Positions 23,801-38,973 of a stretch of 64,000 bases of DNA are shown here, in pieces. Below the pieces are notes generated by a model. That model was not told the origin of the DNA, made no database searches, and saw nothing but the letters and a program-made list of their open reading frames with translations. Position numbers and translations under genes: made by a program. The stretch lies in assembly GCA_008632985.1 (NCBI GenBank), contig QPGO01000085.1, forward strand, positions 1-64,000, given 5' to 3'. The stretch comes from Psammoneis japonica (Eukaryota). The first letter of the stretch is position 1. Each line of letters starts with the position of its first letter.

Positions 23801-26386
23801 CTCTCACTGGCTCCACCCCGGACATCAGCCCATTGCTTCGCTTTCACTGGTGGGAACCCGTGTGCTTCCACCTCGATGACTCTGATTGGCCATCCGAATC
23901 CCGTGAGTTGCGTGGACACTTCGTTGGCATTGCTGAGCACGTCGGCCACCAGATGACCTTCAAGATTCTCTCTGACGAGACTCAGAAGATCCTCTGCCGG
24001 TCCAACGTCCGCTCCGCTGCCACCGATCCTGCCGTTCGAAACCTGCATCTTGATCCTCCTGATGGGGAGCCACCTGAACCCATCATCAAATCTCGCCATG
24101 ACGACAACCCCGTCGATTCTCCTGATGGGGAGATCAGGACACCCAAGATGCCAGTTTTCGATCCGCAAGACATCATTGGACGTACCTTCCTCATGCAGCC
24201 ACAAGAGGACGGACAACGCCACAGAGCTCGCATCGTCAAGGCCGTCGAAGACCACGAATGGAAAGTGAACGGCAATCCCGAGCTCACTGAGTTCGTCTGC
24301 TCTGTCAACAATGACGAATGCGAGGAAGTCCTTGCCTGCAATGACATCATGAATCACATTGAGCAAGAAGACGAAGACACCACTGTTTGGAAATTTCGAC
24401 GCATCGTGTCACACGAAGGACCTCTGAAGCCTCACGACCCAACCTGGAAAGGCTCAAGCTACAACATCATGCTTGAATGGGAAAGTGGGGAGATCACGTC
24501 CGAGCCTCTTGCCATCATCGCCAAGGACGACCCCGTCACCTGCACCATCTATGCACGAGAGAACGGACTCCTCGACACGGATGGCTGGAAGCGGTTCCGC
24601 ACCATCGCGAGGCGCCAAAAGAAGCCATTTCGCATGGCCAACCAAGCCAAGCTTCGCTCCTTCCGCACTGCACCTCGCTGCAAGTGCGGATGCGAAGTTC
24701 CCCAGAACTGCAAACACGCCATGTCACTGGGACGAACGCAACGGCAACCGCAAATGGGGAGACGCAACTAATCTCGAGATGGACCAACTCGACGAATACG
24801 AAGTCTTCCATGACTGCGGGCCCTTCGAGTCTTCCACTCCTCCTGCGGGACACAAGAAGATCCGAGTGCACCTGGTGTGCGACGTGAAGCACGACGGTCG
24901 CCACAAGGCACGACTCGTAGCCGACGGGCACCTCACGGATGTGCCTGTCGATGGTGTCTGCTCCGGAGCAGTCTCCCTCCGTGGCCTTCGGCTGATGATT
25001 TTCCTGGCCGAACTCAACGAGTTAGAGACATGGGCCACCGACATTGGCAGTGCCTGCCTTGAAGCCACCACCAAGGAGAAACTTTACATTGCAGCCGGAC
25101 CCGAATTTGGCAAACTCGAAGGACACATCCTTGCAATCCACAAGGCACTGCATGGACTGCGCAGCTCCGGTCTCCGCTGGCACGAGCGCTTCGCCGACTG
25201 CCTGCGAGCTGAAGGCTTCTTCCCCTGCCGCGCCGAACCCGACATTTGGATGCGCAGGAACGGCGACCACTGTGAATGCATTGCCATTTATGTGGATGAC
25301 CTCGCCATTGCCATGAAGGACCCTCAATCTTTCGTCGACACTCTCACGGAAAAGTGCAAGTTCAAGCTCAAGGGTGCGGGACCCATTGAGTTCCATCTGG
25401 GTTGCAACTTTTCCCGGGATCCCGACGGAACCTTGTGCCTGTCTCCGTGCAAGTACATCGAGCGCATGGTCGACAGCTGCGCCCGACTGTTTGGGGAGAA
25501 ACCTGCCACCAACGCCCTGTCACCTCTGGAGAAGGGTGACCACCCCGAACTGGACACTTCTGAACTGCTGGGACCCGATGGCATTCACAAGTTCCAGTCT
25601 CTTGTTGGTTCACTCCAATGGGCAGTGTCCCTTGGTCGAATTGACATTGCCACGGCCGTCATGTCACTCTCTAGCTTCCGAGCTGCGCCCCGGCAAGGCC
25701 ACTTGGATCGTGCCAAACGCGTCTGTGGGCACCTCTCCAAGATGCGACACGGTGCTCTCTGCGTTCGCACGGAAGAGCCCGACCATTCGGATCTCCCTGC
25801 TCCGGCCTATGAATGGATGCATTCGGTGCACGGCGAGGCAGAAGAGATGATCCCGAAGGACGCTCCACCGCCCCTTGGCAAGTGTGTCACCACCACCCAC
25901 TACGTCGATGCAAACTTGCACCATTGCATGCTCACCGGACGCTCTGTCATGGGAATGCTCCACTTCCTCAACAAATTCCCGGCTGATTGGTTCTCTAAGA
26001 AGCAAGCCACTGTGGAGACTGCGACCTGCGGGTCTGAATTTGTTGCCGCAAGGACTTGTGTTGAGCAGATTGTCGACCTGCGCATCACCCTGCGCCACCT
26101 TGGCGTCCCGATCCGCAGTGTCAGTCACATGTTCGGTGACAACAAGTCGTTGTAGACAGTGCCACCATCCCGCACTCCAAGTTACACAAACGACACACCG
26201 CACTGTCTTTCCACCGTGTGCGTGAGGCAATTGCCTCTGGTTGCCTTGAGCTCCACTTCATCGAAGGCTCCCGCAACCCTGCTGACATTCTCAGCAAGCA
26301 TTGGGGTTGCTCCCAAATCTGGGACCTTCTCTGCCCCCCCATGTTCTGGAACTTCATTCCATCCGAAGTCGAATCTGTTTCTGTGA
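20804..26386 (+). pseudogene. copia gag-pol, several frameshifts and systematic Tyr-to-Cys/His changes
   Basis: Gag FKRGIKHD; protease VDRGANGGIAG; integrase EPVATDTVCADTPA and SEPHQQHQNFAERR; RT DVKHDGRHKARLVA and YVDD; RNaseH GSEFVAAR, FGDN and NPADILSKHWG. Confidence 0.93.
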
Positions 26387-26407
26387 CTCCTCAAGCAAAC
26401 TGGGGAG

Positions 26408-26682
26408 TGACAGGATTTGAACAGGATTTGGGTGCGCGCGAAGCATCGCGTGCTGTTTAGTTTACCGCGCACAGTTTTGTGTGCTTTAGTTCCGCGCGTT
26501 CGCACGCGATGTAGTTTGCTTTCGAGCCACAAGGCTCACAAGAATGACAACAGCGGCCCGATTGTGCCGACCCACACGTCTTTCGGCTCCTGCAACGGTT
26601 CTGAGCGGAGACTCATCTGCCATTTAGACAGCAGCAAGGAGTTGTTGTTTGAATTCTTGCCATTTGCCTTCAATTTCTGTCA
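26408..26682 (+). repeat. 3' LTR (275 bp)
   Basis: Matches the 5' LTR; preceded by the PPT and followed by the TSD. Confidence 0.95.
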
Positions 26683-28127
26683 TCAAACCCAACAACTCCA
26701 TGACCCATGATGATGAGTGCAAGCAGCCAACTCAAAGTGAAGTGGCGCCAGGAGCAGCACCACAAAAAATGAACAAAAGAGGTGTTGTCCAAAAAGAAGA
26801 GCCACACCTTAACCCTTGCTGAAGAATGCAACAGCGCCAATGCATTGTCAGCTTGTGACTAAGTGCATTCTTCACACTCTTGGCAATTTTGTTTCTCCTT
26901 CTTGCACTCATCTCTTGCAGCAGCACTTCCGCCGCTCTGTTGCCTTTTTGCACTTCTGAGTTGTTTTTTTTTCTGCCAAATCACCTTTTTTTTGCTGCCG
27001 GCCCCGCCACCAAGAATGGTGGGCACACGACACATAAAGTGGCAGCCATGCTAACTTGACAAGCACAACTCAGACTCAGCACGAATTCACCGTTGGTGCA
27101 CTGCAGCCGCCGGGAACTGCGGAAACCACCTCGCCACATGGCGACTCTGTGGTTGCCATTTTCTCAATGGCGTTGCCTTCAAGAGCCACAACAATCAACA
27201 GTGTGTCACATCTCCTGAACTTGTGTGCAGCAAAATGTTGACACATGAGAGTGCAACATGCTTGTTGTTGACTCACATGTGATCAAAAAGCGATGGGCAG
27301 AAAAGTGAACAATGCAGCTGTTTTTGCTTCGATGAATCAACTTCAAAGCACAGTGAGGCACCATGTGCATTTGAAATGAATTAGGAGCTGTCGATGTGTG
27401 GCAGCATCATGGTGAGTTCATGGTTTTTGATGAAGTGCACTGCATTTGCAGTCCCCATTGTCATTGCGTTTTGACAAGTCGCGGAAAATTTGAGGTGTCA
27501 AACACACGTGTTTGTCAAAGGTGCGTCATTCTTCCAGCACACAGGTTTTTCACATTCCACATTCTGATGTGTGCAGAGCATTCACATTTTTGAGATGTTG
27601 CAACTTCATTGAATGATGTCACACAAGCATTGATTGCATGTTGCAAAATGCACGCAGGTCCAAACACACATCAGGCTTGCCGCCAGCAAAAAAAAAGAAC
27701 GTTTTAGCAAGAAAAAAGGGCGGGTTTGTGCTTTGGCACAGTCAACGCCACAAACTGGCTGCTGCTGGATTGTGTTCTTGCTGCATTGCCGTGCTCTTCA
27801 TTTGTGTTTTTTTGCAGAAAAAATGCAAAATTTTGGAAAAACCTGAGTTTTGAGAAGACCTGGTTGAACATGAGAAGAAGATGGGTGCTGGGCACAAGAT
27901 GCGTCACTGGCTCTCCTTTGCTCCTTCCTGGCTGGCTTGACTTTGCAATGCTCTCGGACATCCTTTTCAATTTTCCAGAAGCACTTGTTTCCATTGTCAC
28001 ATGCAGCCACTTGGGCACACATTTGAACATGTCATCAAGATCTGCTTGAGTTGGCTCAAAGCCTGGATTGATGAAGAGGAGCTGCTGTGGCAGGCACCAT
28101 CAGCCACCATGCGAACCCAGCACTTTT

Positions 28128-30902
28128 TGACAGACATCCGAGATGGGGAGTGCACTCCATGATCATCATCTGCCCTGGATGTCCATTAGATTGTCCCAAT
28201 GCCACCAGTCCGCAAGGTCATGAGCAGCAGTGAGCTGTTCCTCTTCCTCTGCACTCCTTTGTTGCAACACCCATTGTGCGATTTGGCGATTTTTCTTCGT
28301 TGAAATCGTCATCATTGTCACAGCTGTTTTTTCACCTCTTGATCTGTGATCAAACGACCACTGCAGAACACATGCCAGAGCTCTGCACAGGAATTTGATT
28401 TTTTTCCCACGCAACCATGGTGAACAAAGCCCCAAACGCCATCGATTTGACCAAGATCAAGTCGGCACTGGTTGAATTCAAACCGCACAATCGCCTGCCC
28501 GATGCACATCGTCACCTGAATGACCTTCATTCCGACGTGATGCCTGCTCCTGAAGATCTTCTGGACGGATTTACTCCTCAAGGCCTCAAGAGCGACGCTG
28601 TCACTGTTCTCCATCATGAGATTGTTCAGAACCTTGTCATTCCCCAAGCTGCGCTGACTGAAGATCTTGCACGAATCAGGCCAATCTTTGAAAAGGCCCC
28701 TCTCTTTGTGGCCACCCCTCAAGGCTCCCCGGTTCGTCTGAACCTCAGCACTCTTCAGAACGCTGTGGTCGAAGTGATCACAGAGAATCACAGTGCCACA
28801 AAGGCACATGTTGGTGCTTTGCGTTTTCATTTTCGTCCTGGTTTTCAATCTCATGATTGTTGGGATGATGCATCTGATGCTCCTTTCCCAGATTCCTCTT
28901 CTGCTCCAAGTTCTTCACCTCGGCCGGCTGCCACTGCAGGTGCCACTCCTGGAGACCTTGCCAAGGCCTCAGCCACTCATTCACCTGGTCCAAAACAGTT
29001 TGAGCAAGCTGTGACTAACGCGTTGAAGAGTGTTTGTCCTCCTGCTGAAGATTCAAACATGACTCTGCCTCCGACTGGTGTTCCACACAATGCCCATCCT
29101 AAAGGACTTCTTGAGGATGTGCCAGCTTGTGGCCAACAGGACACTTCCCCTTCCGGCAACACTCACGGATGCGGGAAAGCTGTTGTGCTTCCCACTGCAT
29201 CTGTGACCTGTCCTTCGCACTCTCATGGATTTAAGGCATCCAAGCTGGGCCCAGTTGCTGGGTCTACTGCATGTGACACTGATGCCACTGTTGCATCTCA
29301 TGTCACAGGTGCACTCGCTGTGGACACTCGGATGGATCCTTCGGGTGCTAATTCCTTGACCATCAAGTCTGCTGTGTCTGTTGTGGAATCCATTGGCAAG
29401 CCATCTGCAGTTTTGTTGATGCTGGATCCCTCGAACTTCCTGCCGAATCGATGGTGCTTCCTGCCGACGTCCACTCCTGCCAGCTTGGGACCCCGAAGTT
29501 TTTTGTTTCTGGCTGTTCTGCTGTTCCATGCAAAGATGGTCACATTTCGCCTCAAGGATGGACTGCCCTCTCTTGCCAAGGTTACACCCAAGCTGCTTGC
29601 CACCTGCGTGCCGCCGTCATCTGATGCTTGCGGCTGCTGCCAGTGCTCTGTTGGTTGTCAAGTTGATTTGCACTCAGATTTTTGGTTCGGCCGTCGTTGA
29701 TTTCAGATGTGCGATGCCGCCGTTCCTTCCATTGTCCAAACAAGACCAACAGAAGCAGGGCAGTTGTGAAAGAGGGCCATGGCGTCTCACTGCCTTCTGC
29801 CACTCCATCTCTTTCCTCCCTTGTCAGGACTGTTGTCGTGTCTAAAAGTGCTTTTCATGGTGCTCCGGACCCATCCACAATCGCTGATGATGATCCTTCA
29901 TTTTCTGATCAAGGGAGGGAGCAATGTTGTGCAGAGGAAGTGTGCAAGGTTGACAACCACACCAACTCTTCCAGTGTGTCGCCTCTTTCCTTTGCTGTCA
30001 AGACCGTTGTTGTGTCGAATGGCATTTTTCCTGGTGCTCCCCACCCATCGACCATCCCCGATGATGACCCTGCATTTGTTGATCAGGGGAAGGATTTCTG
30101 CAATGCAGAGGAAGCATGTCAGGCTGTTGAGCATCATGCTTTCCACCAAGACACCTTGCTTCATGATCACGTTTTGAACGCCGCGCGATTCTCACCTCCG
30201 ACACATCACTGTTCTTCCGACGTTGAGCGACTTTATGATGCATTTTGTTTGCCCAATGTGTTTTTCAGGGGTGACACAAATGGTGGTGGAAATGTTGGTT
30301 TGTCAGGTGGATTGCTGTTGCTTCATTTTCACCGCATCATTCGCCATGGTGGATTTCCATTTTTTTGGCCCCATCTCTTCCGATGATTTTTGGCGACAGG
30401 ATGACTCACCAGAATGTCCCGTTGCGGTCGATCATTTGTGGATTGACAAAATTCTTCCATGGTGCACGACTCCATTCATCCAAAAGATTTGTTGGGAACT
30501 GCCTTTGACATTTTTTGTCGAAGACCGATGCGTTGAGTGCGGGATGGATGTTTTCTTCCCGACATGCTCGACGCTTGATGGGATGTTGTCGTTGGTTGTC
30601 ATCATGTTTGCGGACCAAGTCTTGGCCATTTCTTTTGGTTCTTTCTCTTTGTTCCTGCTGTTCTGGTCCTCTCTTTTTATTTGGATCGTCTCTTTCTTTC
30701 TTGTTGAGCATTGCATTGCTCATCAGGGGAGGGCAACAGACATCCGAGATGGGGAGCACACTCCCTTGTGTTGGACAGACTGGCACAGACAGCATGGAGA
30801 CATCCGATGATCTCTCCTTTGCTCACTTTCTTTCTCATCTAGCACACGATTGTCATCTGTCCCAGACATCTGTTAGATTGTCCCGATGCCGCCAGTCTGT
30901 AA
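28128..30902 (+). mobile_element. Putative non-autonomous element: decayed direct repeats (28128-28215; 30734-30902) around unknown ORFs 28417-29700 and 29682-30386
   Basis: Shared ACAGACATCCGAGATGGGGAG..CACTCC and TTAGATTGTCCC.ATGCC.CCAGTC. A purine tract AGGGGAGGG (30725-30733) directly precedes the second copy. Confidence 0.5.
29810..30130 (+). repeat. Two in-frame ~174-bp (58 aa) coding repeats
   Basis: LSSLVRTVVVSKSAFHGAPDPSTIADDDPSFSDQGREQCCAEEVC versus LSFAVKTVVVSNGIFPGAPHPSTIPDDDPAFVDQGKDFCNAEEAC. Confidence 0.8.
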
Positions 30903-32551
30903 CTTTTCAAACTGTGCAATGATCTTGCCACAATGAGCACACATTTCTGTGCTTTTCCACACTGTTTTCCACCCACAAACCACGTTTTCTTTGTGTGGTG
31001 AGTGTTGCACTCCTCTCCAAGTGTCAATTGTTGCACAAAACACCCGTGCTGTGCCCCCAAAGCTGCCAACATGAGCCTGAGTGAGCCTCAAGCTGTCTCT
31101 TGGTGCAACGCTTTGGCAGGCAATGGATGACAGTGCTTCCACCATGTGACCACCTGCTGCAAACATTGCCTTCTGAGCAAAGCCTGTCTCTTGGCACCAC
31201 CCCAAAGAGTGCCTCCTTCATCAGGAAGAAAGGAGTGCCAGCATCAGACTCTCTCTCTGTCTGCCACACTTTTCTGGCTCATGCGCACCACACTCTGATG
31301 TGCCAAGTTGCACCTTCCAATCTGAAGTTTTGACGTGCAAAAGCTTTGTGCAAATTGTGAGCAACACTGCTGACTGGAGTGATTTGTGATGAATGTGCAC
31401 ACAGCCAAGAGAGTGATGATGACACACTCCACACAGGACAGGCAAACTGGCCTGTTCCAGCTCCAGGTGCTCCGCGTGGGTTCGACTCCCATCATTTGGA
31501 AATTTCTTGTGCACCTGGCGCAATTGACTTTTTCAAAATCCGTTTTTTGCCAAATCGAAGGGCAAGTGCACACTTTGCATGCATTTTGGGTGTGCACTCA
31601 CCTTTCAATTTTCGAAACGATCAAAATTGAAGGAGTTGTTTGCGCTGAACTGCGCAGAAAATCGGCCTCTCGCGTGATGAAAAGTGGATCACCTGGAGCT
31701 GGAGCAGGCCAACTCCAGAAAATCCAAACATGTGAGCCCTGCAACGGAGGAGCAATTTCAGCTCATGTTGCAGCATCATCAGAGTGTGGTTGAGCACCAA
31801 CATTGCTTCCATTGGGTGGGAATTTGATGTGCTGCTGTGCTTTGCCGCACATGTGTCGAAACACAGGTGGCTGGCCTGCGCGCTGGTGCCCCGAGCAAGC
31901 TTGTCCCCTGTCTGAGGGGGGCAAACCACCAAGCTTCACACTTGAGTGCCAGCTTGCCTTGCTTGGTGAGAGATGAACAGCCATCCACAACAGTCTGGCA
32001 GCTGATGTAGTTGGCAGCCTGCCTGTGGTGAGGGGACCGGCACGCAGGGATTGAAAAATTCGACCAAGCGCTGCACCACGATCATTGCATTGATTGATTG
32101 ACCTGTCTTCAACCGTGACGTCAGCCAAAAATTAAAGTTCAGATCGTCTGATACTGTCAATTGATTTTCATTTGCTGTGCATACTATATAAAAAGCATGT
32201 ATCCTCAAATTTCCTATATAAATATAATAAAAGACTTAAAGTACATATTCAAGATTTATTCTTTAATGTCGGGATGATTGAATGAAATGATATTTGTATC
32301 CAATGACACAAACAGGAATATTCCGGAACACAGCCGGATCCTGCAACCGAACGATTTCTGGCGGGCGGCCACTCCGGCTCGCTGTACATTTGTACCTGAT
32401 TTCTACGTATCTTTATCCGCCAGCGCAGATTTTTGATAATTTTTGGTCCACCAAGCATTCTAAAATGCAATGAAAGACAACGACGATGAGGGGCCCATTG
32501 AACGAACCAGAGCGCACCTCATCATTGTTGGCGTCACCTGACTGTGTGAGA

Positions 32552-34590
32552 ATGGCATCTAATTGTCATCGCGTTTTGATTTACACAACTTGCTACAATG
32601 TTTTAGACGGGTACGTAAATTGATGGCAATGTTGTATGTGTTTGCTTTTTGAGGGTGACCCGCTTTTGCCGTAGAAATCGTACTGCGGATACACGGACAC
32701 AAATACCGAAGTTTTGCTCCCGCGATAATTTGACACGACTTGAGACCTCCGTGTAAGCGACAATGGCGATTGATCTCACCGCATATTTCCCTCTTTTTGT
32801 TGCTATAGTGTGACATTAACAATACGAAAGCTTGAGCAAGAGATACTGTCATCAGGGTCGCAGTTATGCATACTCACAACGAACAGCGGTGATCCTAAAA
32901 ACACGCATTTGGACGGGATGCATCCGAATCGAAAAGTTATCTTTTTGAACAACTCTGTTCCTATTTGTTTTGTTAGAGACCCAAAAAACCTGACTTAACC
33001 TATAGAGTTGGAGCGTCGCTGTCACGTGAGACAAGGGCTGAAATCGAAGAATTTGGGCCATCCATCATCCACATTACTGTGCCAGACCTAACCGCGATTC
33101 ACCTGGCAGAGTATGCTCGTGAGAAGGAGTTGCCGCTTATGGGAACCTATCACAGTAACATGCCACAGTATCTTGATCATTATCCAGGAACCCAGTGGCT
33201 GAAACCACTTGTGAGCGGGTTTCTTCGTCATCAGTACAACTTTCTCCAGGCACTCTACGTTCCTACTCCTTATATGCATGGGCACCTGTCGGACACTTAC
33301 AAGATGGTTCGTGTGACCAACCTACGGGTTTGGGGACGAGGCATTGACTTGGAGAAGTATTCTCCACATCACCGATCAAACTTGTTTCGGAAAAAGCTCG
33401 GTATTGCAGACACTGATGTGGTCGTATGTTGGGTGGGCCGTTTAGTCCCGGAGAAGCGACCTGATATCTTTGCGCACGTGATCCGTCGATTGCATCAGGA
33501 CGGCGTCCCTTACAAGGCTCTTGTGGTTGGATCTGGACAGGTCGAATCTGAAATCAAAGAGCTCCACAACACAATTTTTCTGGGATGGCTAGATGGACAC
33601 GAACTTTCTACTGCCTACGCCTCTTCAGACATATTTGTGTTCCCATCTGCTGTGGAAACGTTCGGAAATGTAACCCTGGAAGCGGCCGCCTCTGGGCTGC
33701 CTTTAGTGGTGGAGGCTAGGTGTTCTGGGCACTTGGTGAAAGACGGCGAAAATGGTTTCACGTGCGACGCTGAAGACGAGGACGCCTTTTACAATGCGAC
33801 CCGTGCTCTCATTTTGAACCGCGACATGCGCGAGCGATTCTCCAGGGCAGGGCGAGAGTTGTCGTTGCAATATGAAAAAGGAACGGTGATGCAACGCATG
33901 GTACAAAATTACGCAGCTGTAACCGACGAGTTCTATCACGAGTATGGAGGTCACCACAAGAATCGCGATATCGCCTATGACCATGAAGATTCATTCTGGT
34001 TGGGCAACCACCCTCGCCCTCTGTCGCTGATTCTCATCCAAACTATTGCTATCAACATTTTACGCATGTCATGGTATGTCATGCTAATAGTTGAATGGGT
34101 TCGGAAGGTGTTTGAAGGTGTCCGATCGCTTCGGGCGCAGGATCAGACGTCGATGGAGTTGTATCAACGAAGCGTTGGTTCATCGAGTCCAAACAAGCAG
34201 GTTTGCAACAGCAAACTGGCTCATGTCATTGAAGGCGACATCGAAGCAAATCAGACTCCGCTTGACGAAGATGACGACACTAGCGTCACCAGCGAGGGAT
34301 CCTTTTCGTCTTTTTCTTCGAGACCGTCACATGGTGCAGTGCAATCACGAGCATCTTCCATTGCGTACGGGGCGGCTCTTGTTGTGGTGATGCTTGTTCA
34401 GTCTGTTTCCCGAATTGAGAGCCGTATCAGAAACATTTGCAGTTTTCGATCCAGGCCAACCAGGGCAGCTAAACGAAAACGAAAGACATCGTCGATGAAT
34501 CGGGTGCGATCTCTTGGTGACAACCGCAATGAATATGGTTCGTCTCCGGTTCTAGAACGGCGAATTCGACGATCAGCCACAGCTGTCTAA
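32552..34590 (+). CDS. Glycosyltransferase family 4 (GT-B; SQD2/PimC-like); intron ~32611-32807, frameshift ~32990
   Basis: Exon 1 MASNCHRVLIYTTCYNVLDG joins VTLTIRKL. Motifs GTYHS, WGRGID, VGRLVPEK and ETFGNVTLEAAASGLP (EX7E). Confidence 0.85.
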
Positions 34591-35481
34591 TTCTTGCGCT
34601 CGCTAGTAAAACACACAGTTCATCTATGCTATCAAAATTCTTAGCGTTGTAGTTCATCGAAAATGCGAATCCGTAATTATTGTTAAAAGCTGTCGCTTGG
34701 TTGAAAGACGAAGTTGCCGCGTAAATGTTTGCTAGTAGACGCTTTTCAAGTTGCCTGTGCTGCTGCGCTGGACTGCATGTCGTCAAATGGTTTGACTTTC
34801 AACGACTACCATGGAACACTGAAAATTTCAAAACAATGCAGATCCGGAAGGAAGAAAGTTCACGACGTCGCGCCCCGTTTTCTTTGCCCGTCATACTTTT
34901 CGAATGAGTTGTGTTCGCGAATCGCCGTTTGAGTCGTCAATTTTTGATATTTCATATCTTCATCCGTTCACTTATACACACATATCCGATACTACTGGGA
35001 ACGTGAAATATTGACATACTGAATCATATATGCAGAATTTATGTGCATCGGACAATACAAAATTTCAAAAAGCATACTAAATTTAGATATGTATACATCT
35101 CAATAAATATTTTTTGATAGTGAGTAGAAAGCTATGACTTTTCAATAATGCGAGGCATATGTAAACAGGGATTTGCTTGGGCTGTTAGACAACCTGATTT
35201 TCTACGCGTTTGGCAGTACAACCTCTACACGAGCTTCTCCCGGCAAATCGTGGAGTTCGTTTCATGCGCCTCATTTTGATTTTCCCTCCATTCATTTGGT
35301 GCTTCGATTGTTTTGTTGTGTGTGTTCACATGAACAATAACAGGTACAAAAAGTGGGATCTTTCATAAAAGGCGTAATATTACAATCTCTCAACGCTAGC
35401 AGTTTCTTCAAAGTTTTTCTCCCTACCACATTTTTTGTATTGCCGTTTTTCCCCGCTACTTCACATAACAACTCCCCTTGA

Positions 35482-36947
<1,466 letters not shown>

Positions 36948-37035
36948 AACGGTGGTTCATAGGTGGACTCGGAATGCATAGGTATCTGTTACAGTGTTTC
37001 ATATGGGATGAAGATTTAATGTAGTATGTTATTTG

Positions 37036-38736
<1,701 letters not shown>

Positions 38737-38973
38737 CTATACGTTTTTTTGTTTTTGTGAATTTGTGAGAAGAAAACTGATGACCAAAAGACAACGCGCG
38801 CCGTGTCGCATGGAACCCAATCGAAAGGAACGAATGAGCTCAGGCATTTATCTATTATTCTATTTATTTGATACTAAAATAAGAGTGTCCTCGTGATGCA
38901 CACGAGCCTGGGCCTCATTTTTCTGAGATCTGAGAATTCTTGTTGCCGAAGTTCTTCCCATACCGCTGCAACA

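Larger units (their letters stand above)
19588..26682 (+). mobile_element. Full-length Ty1/copia LTR retrotransposon, CoDi-type, non-functional as assembled
   Basis: Paired LTRs with TGACA...TGTCA ends, 5-bp TSD TCAAA (19583-19587 and 26683-26687), polypurine GGGGAG at 26402-26407, and gag-PR-INT-RT-RH order. Confidence 0.96.

Noticed and set aside
20804..26386. Alternative genetic code or RNA editing restoring Tyr in the element
   Set aside because: Tyr is replaced by both Cys and His, some Tyr codons remain, and non-coding repeats show the same changes.
19588..26682. CpG deamination or fungal-type RIP as the sole explanation
   Set aside because: C-to-T explains CG to TG/CA but cannot convert TAY to TGY or CAY, and RIP increases TpA.
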